A DNA stretch of 64,000 nucleotides from positions 3,658,001 to 3,722,000 of the forward strand of contig NC_043008.1 of NCBI RefSeq assembly GCF_006345805.1, written 5' to 3'. The notes under the pieces are model-generated. The model was not told the DNA's origin. It saw nothing but the letters and a program-made list of their open reading frames with translations, and made no database searches. The position numbers and the translations under genes were made by a program. The number at the start of each line of letters is the position of its first letter. Within the stretch, counting starts at the first letter, position 1. This document shows, in pieces, positions 51,263 to 64,000 of this stretch. This DNA comes from Octopus sinensis (taxonomy: Eukaryota).

Positions 51263-52680
51263 TTCATACATACATATATTATATATATATAGTCACACAT
51301 GCATACATGCATGCATAAATACATACATGCATACATGCATAAATACATACATACATACATACATACACACACACATATATATATATATGTATGTATGTAT
51401 GTATGTATACCATTTGTGCGTTCAGTGTGATAATCCGTTGCCGGCATCGATTAAAAAGACATGTATGATTGAACACTTCAACTTCTGCTCACCATATGTC
51501 TATCTATCTGATCAATAAATCAATATTCTTACTATTTGCTGAAAGACGTATTACTACCTTGTTAAAGGGACATTAAATCAAAACGTAATTTTTTGCAACT
51601 TGTCACAGTATTGATTTCTAATATAGATACAAATACAAACGAATTCGTTTTGAAGAAGGGATGTATATATTTGAAAGAAGCCCCACCATACGTACACACA
51701 TAAAAATGGTGTTGAATTTAGCAAGTTTAGAAGAATAAAAGGCAAGAAAATTTGACCGTGGATATTTTGAATGCAGAATGAAAAGAAATGTAACTAAATG
51801 AAATAAGAAATTTTGCCAGGCCCTCCATGAAGTCTGACGTCCCTTAGTGCAAATGTGAGTCTAATGTACTTAATGAGCAGTCAAAATCTAATCGCCCAAT
51901 TGCCACCTAGTCAATGACACCGTTGTAGTAGAAAGAAAAAAACGGCTCTTCCTGAAGTAATAGTAGCTTCAACATACTACCTAGGAAAATGAACTTATTC
52001 GCTAGGTAATTACAACTCCAAAATTTCGAAAACTTCAGCAAAGCAAAATCCCCGTGGGACGTTCAGTATATATATATATAATATAAGTAGCATGAAACGA
52101 TTGTACTAAATTACCTAAGATATACTGGTTGCTTATTTTGAGTATATATATACATACATACATACATGCACACATATACATACATACGTACGCAAACACA
52201 CTCACACAGACATATGACGTGTTACTTTGAAAGTATTCTTAACGAATTTCTTGCTTGTTATGCAAAATGATAAACTGAATACAAATTCTCAAACAAAGAG
52301 AAAAATATTTATGATTTCAAAATAAAATTAAGTGAAGCATATCACTCATTTGTATATTTGTCATAAACGTCTTTCTTTTATGTTTCTTTATATATATATA
52401 AATTTAAAAAATATAATCGCACTCTACACGATAACCGGTGCAAAATATCTTTTAAAAAGAATGACGTTTTCTGAAAGTTTTACGAATCTGGCACCATACT
52501 GATGATGCACTCATTCTGCTTACCTCTCTTCCTTCTCTCCACACGATGTAAAGCGTGACTGGAGAAATCAGCCAACCGACCAAACACTCGACCAACGATC
52601 GGCTATTATTAGAGGCATGTCTCTCTCTCTCTCTCTCTGTCTGTCTGTATGTATGTCTCTCTCTCTCTCTCTCTCTCTCT

Positions 52681-53049
52681 GGAAGCACTCCGTCGGTGAC
52701 GACGATGAGGGTTCTGGTTGATCCGAATCAACAGAACAGCCTGCTCGTGAAATTAACGTGTAAGTGGCTGAGCACTCCACAGACACGTGTATCCTTAACG
52801 TAGTTCTCGGGGATATTCAGCGTGACCCAGAGAGTGACAAGGCCGGCCCCTTGAAATACAGGTACAACAGAAACAGGAAGTAAGAGTGAGAGAAAGTTGT
52901 GGTGAAAGAGTACAGCAGGGATCACCACCATCCCCTGCCGGAGCCTCGTGGAGCTTTAGGTGTTTTCGCTCAATAAACACTCACAACGCCCGGTCTGAGA
53001 ATCGAAACCGCGAGTCCGCTGCCCTAACCACTGGGCCATTGCGCCTCCA

Positions 53050-53050
<1 letters not shown>
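52681..53050 (-). mobile_element. tRNA-derived SINE family A with alternative tail, inserted in a (CT)n tract
   Basis: Reverse complement GTGGAGGCGCAATGGCCCAGTGGTTAGGGCAGCGGACTCGCGG... matches 551-740. Its 3' ~190 bp is unrelated to that copy. Confidence 0.85.
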
Positions 53051-53100
<50 letters not shown>

Positions 53101-53111
53101 ATATATATAAT

Positions 53112-53790
53112 ATCAGAGACCTGGGTGTAATTGTAGATAACAATCTCAGTTGGAGTGCCCACATCAACAATAAAGTCGACATAGCTCGTAGGATAAGCGA
53201 CTGGATCTTAAGAACCTTCCGGTCCAGAGAACAAGGTGTCATCATTTCACTTTTCTCCTCCTTTGTACGGCGACACCTCGAATACTGCTGCTCCTTGTGG
53301 TCTCCCCATAGAAAACAAAACATCTCGAGGATTGAATCACCCCAGAGGGCACTCACTAAACGAATTGAAGGTATACTCTCTCCAGCGAGCGGTACATCAT
53401 TTGTACGATGTGGAGAATACACCGCCAGCATTGCCCAAACGACGTGAACATTGGTTTCAAGGTTCATCCAAGGCTAGGACCAGGGACCATACGTCTCCTG
53501 CCCAATTCAGGATCACAGCACATAGGTACACTGCGACATAATTTCTTTTCCTCAACAGACCTTGTCTGTTGTCCCGAAAGAGATCAAAGAGGAAAAGGAT
53601 CCCATCACCTTTAAACGGAACCTGGACAGATTTCTTCAAGGAATACCAGATAAGAGACCCATACCTGGATACAGCTCACTCAACAAGAACTTACTACTTG
53701 AATGGACCGTAAACAAAACTTGACTTAAACAGGATTTAGATAATCCTATTAAGTGGTGCTATTTAGTTAGACATGGCCTGGACCAATTTT
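53112..53790 (+). mobile_element. 5'-truncated CR1-group LINE (end of RT ORF plus 3' UTR), pseudogenised
   Basis: IRDLGVIVDNNLSWSAHINNKV...FVRRHLEYCCSLWSP...IESPQRALTKRIEG, then after a deletion/frameshift YSLQR..ERYIICTMWRI...FKRNLDRFLQGIPD..*. 3' hairpin GACCAA/TTGGTC; flanked by (TA)n. Confidence 0.85.
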
Positions 53791-53816
53791 TGGTCGAAAT
53801 ATATCTAAGTTTTATG

Positions 53817-53872
<56 letters not shown>

Positions 53873-54894
53873 TTGTATATACATTTGTATACATAGAGGG
53901 TGAGCAGGTTTTACGCAACTGTACTTTAGTTTTACTTTTCTTATTGATAGTTCTTTAAATTTTCATGAGTTCCTTGTAGTCTGTTCGAAACAGTAAAATT
54001 CCCAAAGCCATCATCAGCGTTTCTGAGCCTTCATAGTGTGTCTCATCTTTATGATGAAATGATGTTTGCCGTGTGTTTTTGCTTATTTTTATCCTTTCTA
54101 ATTTTGGCAAAAGGCCAGCGGTTTTGAGGTAGTAAGCATGATGATTACATTGAATCTAGAACCTGACGGGTTCTTATATTCTGACCCCGAAAGAATGAAA
54201 GGTAAAGATGACCCCAGAGATTGCTTCATTATATCAAGCAGCACAACAGAGCTTCGTTTAGTTTCTTTCGACTTAGGATGTTGTGACATATTTACCTTTC
54301 CTAGCTGCGTAAGTTTTGTTAACCGACTTCACCATCAGTGACTGGGAGACTTTTTGTTCCATGGTATACATTTGATATTTTTACATATAGTTTGTCTGTT
54401 AAATGAACGCAATATTTGTCATAATTTGAATGACTCAGTCTTTTATATATTTCTCAATAACACTTTTTTATGCATCCATAAGAAAAGTTTAATATACCCG
54501 CATCCAAGTGATCTATTTAAAAATATCAATTAATAGATTTTCTAGTTTCAGGCTTAAAAGTTGTTTGTGTTAAAGTATTGCACTTACAATTTATATTATC
54601 ATTGTGTGTCACAATTTCTCATCGTGTTAGTTAAAGAATAAGGAGTTGTGTTCAATAACTCTTTTACGCTCTCTCAGACCGGTAGGCTGAGAGTCAAAAG
54701 GTAAAATTTCATAGGTAGAAGACCAGGTGGCCTTGTACGAATTCTTGCAAGAAACTTAAGTTTCGCCAAAAGGTACACAAGAATTGAAGTGGTAACGAAA
54801 TATCACGCAAACGTTTTCACAAAAGCGCGCATGCACACACACACACATACACGCACAAACACACATACACACACATACATACATACATACATAC

Positions 54895-55082
54895 CTGTGG
54901 CGTTGCTAATAGGGGTGAAAGGGGTGCAACCGCTCCCCACGAGCACATTTCAAACTTTGTACTTTTTATTAACACAAAATTAGAATGTGTAATCAATGAG
55001 TTAAAAATTCTCAGGCCTGTGTCATGGCGCCTGTTTCTAATGTGGTCGCTCCCACTAACTTTAGAATCTGGCTACAATCCTG
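54895..55082. mobile_element. Possible hAT-type MITE relic
   Basis: Ends CTGTGGCGTTGC... / ...GCTACAATCCTG resemble CAGTGGCGTAGC-type TIRs. A similar relic lies near 26499-26785. Confidence 0.3.
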
Positions 55083-57017
55083 ATGCATGCATACATACAT
55101 ACATACATACATACATACATACATACATACATACATACATACATACATACATACATACATACCTGAACAAGTGAGACAATGAGGAATCTAGTACTGTGGT
55201 TGATTAACTTGGTAGAAATAGCAGTCAAATTTTCCACGCAGCACACCGAATCGTCATAAGAAAAGACATTGCATGATACAATCATGTATGCATTCTACCT
55301 GCAAATAGAAATAGACGGAATAGTCACGCCTCGAACGCATTTGATCATAGGCTTTCTGCAGTGTTGAGCTTAGGTAAAAGGGCAAAAGCAAAATACATGA
55401 AACTACAAAGCTAAACAGACTGATTTGATGCAAATATATGTCCACTATTTTGGTTATTAAGATTAAGGCAGTGAAGAGAAAGTAATCTTTGTTATTAGCA
55501 AACGGTTTTATTATTCTTTTTTTCTAATTCATTAAGTTTTGTTATTTTATTTCTTGCATTAAACATTCCAAAGTCGAAATGTTTGACAACGGTCGATAAG
55601 TTTCTGGTCTGGAGATATCGATGTTGTTTCTCGTTTAGACTTGTCTTCCATTTCACTTTTTTCTTTCTTTATTATGTTCAGCCTAATGGAAAACAAAAAC
55701 AAAACAAACCTCAGACAAAAACAGAAAGATTATATGATGCATAATTCTTTAATTTATAGTTGAAAACTACAGTGGAATAAAATATAAAAGGCCATTAAAA
55801 AATGCAGAGCATCGCTAGTAAAATGCTGTAAATAATACTAGTGATGTAGAAATCCTCTCACAATTAGACTGATCTATATTCAAAAATGTTTCATTGACAT
55901 TCGAATGTTAGGAAAAAAAATCTTGCTTTTTTTTCTTTTATTCTTTTTCCAACATCTCAGAAATTGCAATTATTCAAAACAGTGTGTCAGCAACTTTGCA
56001 TTAACAGAAAGAAAAAAATAACACAAACCGCTATTTACAGTAGATAAGCAAGCTCTATTAAATCAGAGAAACTCTGTCCAAAGAAAACAGTTTTTGTGGT
56101 TGTTTAGCTCCAAGTCAGCTCTGATCTAGAAGACCCAATGATCAAAGGTGTTTCAGCTATGACCATCCATCGATTTTCCTTTTTGCTAGTTTAATGCATA
56201 TAGGACTGATGTCTTACCTTTTGTAGAATATTTGATATTTTTCAAGCTTTGCTTATTCCAGATTATTATCTGTTATATCCTTTTCTAAGACAGTAAATGT
56301 GAATCATGGGAGTTTTTCGGTTAGCAGTAGTGGCAGTACGAGTCAACTAATGCTGACGCTCTCTCTTTGGTCTGGTCAATAAATGAAGAAATTATGTGAA
56401 ATCTGGGCGGCATTGCATGTCTGTATAAAATACTAAAATACGCAGATTAATGAGTGAGGTGATGTAAGAAATTGGAGTTTTAGTCTAATTGCTGCACCAT
56501 CCATCAAAATACGTTTACTGCCTTGAACGGCTAAGAATTAGAAAGGAGAAATAATATACGAGTAACATATCCAACTATGAAACAGGCGGTTTTCTTTGAT
56601 ATGTTAATTGTATCGGTTTCTTTTGAACAGATGTTATTGAATTCCAGAAATAAACATAGCAAACGATTATTGTAACGCACCGACACCTGTACAGAAGAGG
56701 CCAAAAGTCTCGGCATACATTAGAACTGCTGACCGACTTAAAACCGTTTCTTCAGATACTCATATTTTAAACTCCAAATCAATCTTCACTCTGCTGTATT
56801 TCTTTTGTTCTCCTCGAGTTACATTAGCATTACATAATCACAGTAACTTATTCCGTTGGTCCCCCATATATATTGTTTTTCTACATTAACAGCTTTCTGG
56901 TTGTTACATCTAATCGTAAACACTTATACAGAGATGAAACCTAGTTTTATTCATAACAATTTTGTGCATACAAGATTATTGCATACATAACTTAGATGAC
57001 TAATGCTAGACTTACAG

Positions 57018-57177
57018 GTGAGTTCAAATTCCGCCGAGGTCGACTTTGCCTTTCATCCTTTCGGGGTCGATAAATTAAGTACCAGTTACGCACAGGGGTC
57101 GATGTAATCACTTAATCCGTTTGTCTTTCCTTGTTTGTCCCCTCTATGTTTAGCCCCTTGTGGGCAATAAAGAAACA
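57018..57177 (+). mobile_element. 5'-truncated young SINE family B (tail type 1)
   Basis: Perfect 17-bp TSD TAATGCTAGACTTACAG at 57001-57017 and 57178-57194. Confidence 0.9.
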
Positions 57178-57192
57178 TAATGCTAGACTTAC

Positions 57193-57334
57193 AGCAATTC
57201 AGGCCGAGAAAATACTTTAGCACTTATCATGGGCTTCTTACCGACAAAGCATAAACAGGATCCACTCAGAAGCGGCGCTGCTTTTAGAGATACAAACACT
57301 CGAAACAACATCGAAAAGAGAATTAAAAAGTCAT
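57193..57334 (-). other. Candidate exon
   Basis: Acceptor TTTGTCTTTCAACTAG, donor CT|GTAAGT. One frame is open (DFLILFSMLFRVFVSLKAAP...) but the peptide is not recognised. Confidence 0.2.
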
Positions 57335-57611
57335 CTAGTTGAAAGACAAACTTCACTGGACACGCTACATCCACTTTCCCGCATACTCCTTCTATCTCTC
57401 TATTATATTCCCTATATATATATCTAACCGACAAATTCTGTAACAATCAGTCTTTTCTTCCTTAACCTGACACACTATGAAATACCCTCCTCTCAACATT
57501 TTTTTTCATTTTTTTGTAGGATTAGCAAATACTTTTTCGAACAGTGTATGCATTGCATTGGCCTCACCAGTTTAGATAGGGGAAGCAAAAGCCGAGAACA
57601 TTGTTTCTTAC

Positions 57612-57741
57612 CTGGCTGAATAATAAAAATTCAATAGGTTACCAGTGCTATACAAGAAAAAACTATAGTTCTGGCGAGAGTAGTTAAATAGATGTTATCA
57701 GGTTTTGCAACTTTGCAAATTCCATCGAAGTTGAAGTCAAT
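57612..57741 (-). other. Candidate non-coding/UTR exon
   Basis: CTGAC...GTCTGTTTCAG acceptor and CAG|GTAAGA donor. Stops in all three frames. Confidence 0.2.
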
Positions 57742-57864
57742 CTGAAACAGACGTCAGAGGTAGTGTGAATAAAACAAATAAAATGTACGTGAAGGAATTC
57801 AGTAGGTGTGCATATATATATGTGTATATAAATGCGCGCGCGCGTGTGAATATATATGTGTATG

Positions 57865-57943
<79 letters not shown>

Positions 57944-57951
57944 GTATGTAT

Positions 57952-58056
<105 letters not shown>

Positions 58057-58639
58057 AGACAAACACACAAATTATGAAAAACTACTCCCTGATTTTCCAC
58101 AAATAGAAAAGAATTATTTTATAAAAGTCAATCATTGAATAAAAATAAAGAAAACTGACATATATATCTTGGAAGTAAAATAGTGATTTGTGGTAAACAT
58201 AAATGGACAAGGTGCAAGATTAAAATAACAAAAGTAAAATGAAGAATGAAACGAATAAATGGCTAAGAACAAAAAGGAAATGGGAGTGTCTAGAAAAATG
58301 TTCAGCACAATTGTGAATTCGTCTAGCTGACACTTGGCAAAAACGAAAAAAAAGAAAAGCGAAACGCTCACATTCCTTCAGTAGAAATAGAAGTTAGAAG
58401 CTAATGTGACACCACCTCTTCGTAATTTGCTCTGACATATCGGATATGTTATTTTCACCACTAAGAGTAGAATTACTCAGCTTTTTGTTTCATTCCGCTG
58501 TTCATTCCTTATGAAGTAAGGTGATGCGAAAAGTATAAGTGCTGCTATTATAAAGCAGGGCTTTAGATTTCTCTGTTTTCTATATTTTAAATAAATGGAA
58601 AGAAGTCATGTGAGATTTGTCGTCCTCCACCTCAAATAA

Positions 58640-60610
<1,971 letters not shown>

Positions 60611-61944
60611 TTAAATCAGGAAATCTGGGAATGTAAAACAAATAAGTTCGTAAATATATTTACTTAAAGAATGACTTAGGCTGGAGACGCCTAAATGATG
60701 TAAATTAACTCCTACTGAATCTCAAGAAATCAATGAATGTTAAACTTCACTATGAATAAGTGGCGTGAGTTAGTATGCCACTATGAATGAGAGAAGTCTA
60801 AAGTTTCGGAAGAGGGTCTTCGACGGAGAAATAAGCAATGGTTACCAGTAGTGACCAATTCCGCTCTCTGTCACTCTCACTTCAGCTCATACAAACTTGT
60901 TTATATGATTAATATTGACAGTAATCTTTTACTCCTCCTATTATAGCCACTCTTAAGCCAGCTTTCTTCTCTTCCAAGCGGTTGACTAATTTATTCTACT
61001 TGGTGAAATTTGTTGTGTTTACTCTTTACCGGTGCAGATTCTAGCTTAATCACTGCTCTTATAATGCAAAGCTTAATTGCCGTTTGATTAATTGGGAGCC
61101 GGTAAAATAGATATTAATAAAATTCTGGTGTCAATTTAAACGGCTATTCTCTCCGACACCTAAAATGTGTATTGTGCTACATCTGTGGTAAAAATCGTTA
61201 TTATTTTGTTGGGTGCTGAGTAGCAGAGATACTAGATTGCGAATCAAAACACTATGCGGTATTTACTTATGTTCCATTCAGAATGGTTATTGGGAAAACA
61301 GCTTTATATTCAAGTCAAATACGATAATAATGTAAGTTGAAGAATTTAGTCAAGAGACATTATCCAAACAATTAGGGGATAAAAATTTGTATAAGGCAAT
61401 GTTTAAAATATACAAAAAAGAATCAAGAGCTCGAAATAAAATGAAATAATATCAAGTTTCGAATATACATATATATTTATTGCCATTTATGTATCATTCG
61501 CCAATCACATACACAATTGACAGCCAAGTTACCGCAGTTTTGTCCAAAATAAAATATCTTATGGACCCACTGTGTTCAAAACAATATACATATATCGGAG
61601 GGAAATGAAAAGTGGTCCCAGCAGCGATTAGCTAGAAATCCTTGTTGGGCCTTGTCAATGGCACTCACTCACAGCCAACCACATGTCTAAACGAGATGTG
61701 TCGCTTCTGATGGTGGAAACAATGAATAATACATTTGCTTTCATTGAGAATAGCTGCTGGAATGAATAAATAATCTGGTGTACGCAACTGATGCAATATT
61801 GAAACAGCCATCTATGTAACATAACGTAAGTACACACTCGCACGCACACACAGTGAGTGACGGTAACTATGAATATCAATACGATGAATCTTGGGGGAAA
61901 TAACGCTATGCAGGCTCCAGGATCAATTTAATTGTATTTTTCCT

Positions 61945-62090
61945 GTGTGAAGATGCATGGACTGGCGGCTAAGGTTTGTGGTTTATAATTCGAATGTTGT
62001 AGGTCCAGTTTCTGGACCGGGCGGTGCGTTGCATCTTCCTGCAAGAAATGTCATTACCCGCTGGGTCTACTCAGCTGTAAGGAATACCAG
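61945..62090 (+). mobile_element. SINE family D, highly degraded
   Basis: GTGAAGATGCATGG...CTGGACCGGGCGGTGCGTTGCATCTT..GCAAGA...CTCAGCTG. Confidence 0.45.
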
Positions 62091-64000
62091 CCCCACCTCT
62101 CCCACTTCATCTAACACCTATTGATTGTTCCGCTGTGAAGAAGGTTGAGTGTGTATATGCGTTCACGAATGCACAAGCACCTAAAACAATTAGCGAAAGC
62201 TTTATATAAGTCACCAAGACATATTTGATTGCAGTCGTTGTTGGTTGGCTTCGATTTTCTTTTCTTCGACTTTCCTATCCAACTGCTTCAGACTGTCTGC
62301 AACAGCCATGGGCGCAACTCTTTCTCCCTCCACTAAACCAATAACAAAAAACAAAAAACAGAAATCCATATGAGGAATAATTTTTTTGTTATTAACTATA
62401 CTCGACGTTTCTTATTTGAATAACTAATTACAAAATAATAATTATATTGTTTCTTAAATTGTTACAGACAGACAGAGATTGTATATTGATTGAAGTTTTA
62501 TAAACCCAATTAAAATGCTAAATAATTGACTATTCAAATACAAAGAATATGTATTCAGAAAAACAAATATAGACACATGTATGTGTTTCTGAAATTGATT
62601 TTTATACTTTATAACGAAATTTGTTAGACTTTCACATTATTTTGCTCCCATATAATTTAAACATTGATTTTGGTTAATTTTTGGCTAGACACAAAGAACC
62701 TATATTTTAGATGGTGGTTGGAATGGAACATTAAAACGATTATAAATTTTTGGAAATATTTTAAATCGAAACGAAGTGAAATGGCTTCCACCGTGGATTA
62801 AAACTAAGTCACAGACGTTTTTATTGACTCTTATTTGTTTCACCTTCGTTGATTGATATCGATTTATGCTATGTACACAGATTCGATGGAAAGGCCTTAA
62901 TCGATTAAATCGAGACCAGTACTTGACTGGTACATATTTTTATTGATAATGAACGATGAAAGCTAAATTTGGCCCCAAGACTTGTAACTATACTGAGTTG
63001 TGACTATAACCACAAACATTTTCGTCTGACAGTCGAGTGATTCAACTGTTTAGCGTTGGACAAAATAAACTATGGTAATTAGTTGACACCAGTTATATTT
63101 AGGCCGTTTTTCCCTTTCATCCTCCAAGATCGATAAAATGACAAGCAGTTGATTTAAGTGACTGTGCTTTCATGGACAATATTTAGTGCCGGGCTCAAGT
63201 TACAAACCGATGTTAAATGAAGTAAAACGGTTGGACCCAAAGAAGTTAGTGACTTCTGCGTCGCCACAGTATAACTGAATTAGTTCAGTGTAATATAATG
63301 GTTTCAATGTAATAAAATTTTGTGCCACAAGGAAAGAGAGATGGAGAGAAATTTGAGTAAAAAGTCAAAAAGCGTTGCAGGATAAATAAATTGGAGTTAG
63401 CGTGAGTAGAGGTTAAAGGAAGTGAGGAGGCGACAAATGTAAGTAGAAGGCGCAACGGTCAGGGCGAAGGGAAACAAAAGAAACACAAAAGATTTGGTGA
63501 GTAGCGAGAGTGGCAGAATAGCCAAAATGGTAGAGCATCAAAGTAAATGCATTACTACTTCTTACTGTCTATATGTCGTAAGTTCAAACCTCACTGCTGC
63601 TGGTGTTGGCATTCATTTAAATTATGTCCCTTGAAGTCGACAGGGAGAAATTCGCGACATTTGGCCAAAGCTGGAAGCGATTATTAAAAGTCGTGATATG
63701 ACAGAAAAATATGTGTGGTGCATGAAGAGAATTGCAGTATTTCATTATGTCCGCATAAATCCTGTGTTCAAATCCTTCTGTGGTCGAGTGATCGAGAAGA
63801 GTATTAGGAACAATTATTTCGACAACAACTCCACTAGATAATTTACTTGCAGCCGTATGCCAATGCGAGAACAGCATTTGTAAATGGCAATAGATGGCAG
63901 GCATAAACGTGGGATCGATTCAATTAGCTATACAGCTCCTTCCTAGTAAGTGCATGAGATTGTGGTATTGTAAGAAATCAATATTTAACACGAAAAACAT

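Noticed and set aside
53024-53467. 147-aa minus-strand ORF
   Set aside because: Antisense shadow of the CR1-group LINE RT fragment plus microsatellite.
53774-53800. GACCAA/TTGGTC hairpin followed by GAAA as a hammerhead
   Set aside because: No upstream CUGANGA; better explained as the LINE 3' stem-loop.
63650-63842. ~65-codon open frame on the plus strand
   Set aside because: Overlaps degraded SINE B-like motifs, with no start codon or recognisable domain.

Overview
AT-rich, microsatellite-saturated animal DNA, probably intronic or intergenic. The repeat landscape resembles octopus/coleoid genomes (inference from recalled repeat families, not a database search). I found no intact protein-coding gene; almost all ORFs in the track are translated simple repeats. 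Recognisable content: (i) at least four tRNA-derived SINE families, several copies with target-site duplications (TSDs), swapped tails or dimer structure; (ii) a fifth old dispersed repeat; (iii) piggyBac- and Tc1/mariner-type MITEs; (iv) relics of a DD37D (maT) transposon, a CR1-group LINE, a hAT transposase and possibly pogo and Gypsy elements. The most notable signal is about eight minimal hammerhead-ribozyme motifs from about six sequence families, several inside inverted, Penelope pseudo-LTR-like structures. The best case is a 433-bp TSD-flanked insertion (34196-34628) that joins a tRNA-derived Pol III head to a hammerhead tail and carries an inverted second copy of that tail. It is a candidate Penelope-mobilised tRNA-ribozyme SINE. 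Also seen: a 3 x ~103-bp tandem array of tRNA-like units, several local duplications, and weak candidate minus-strand exons.
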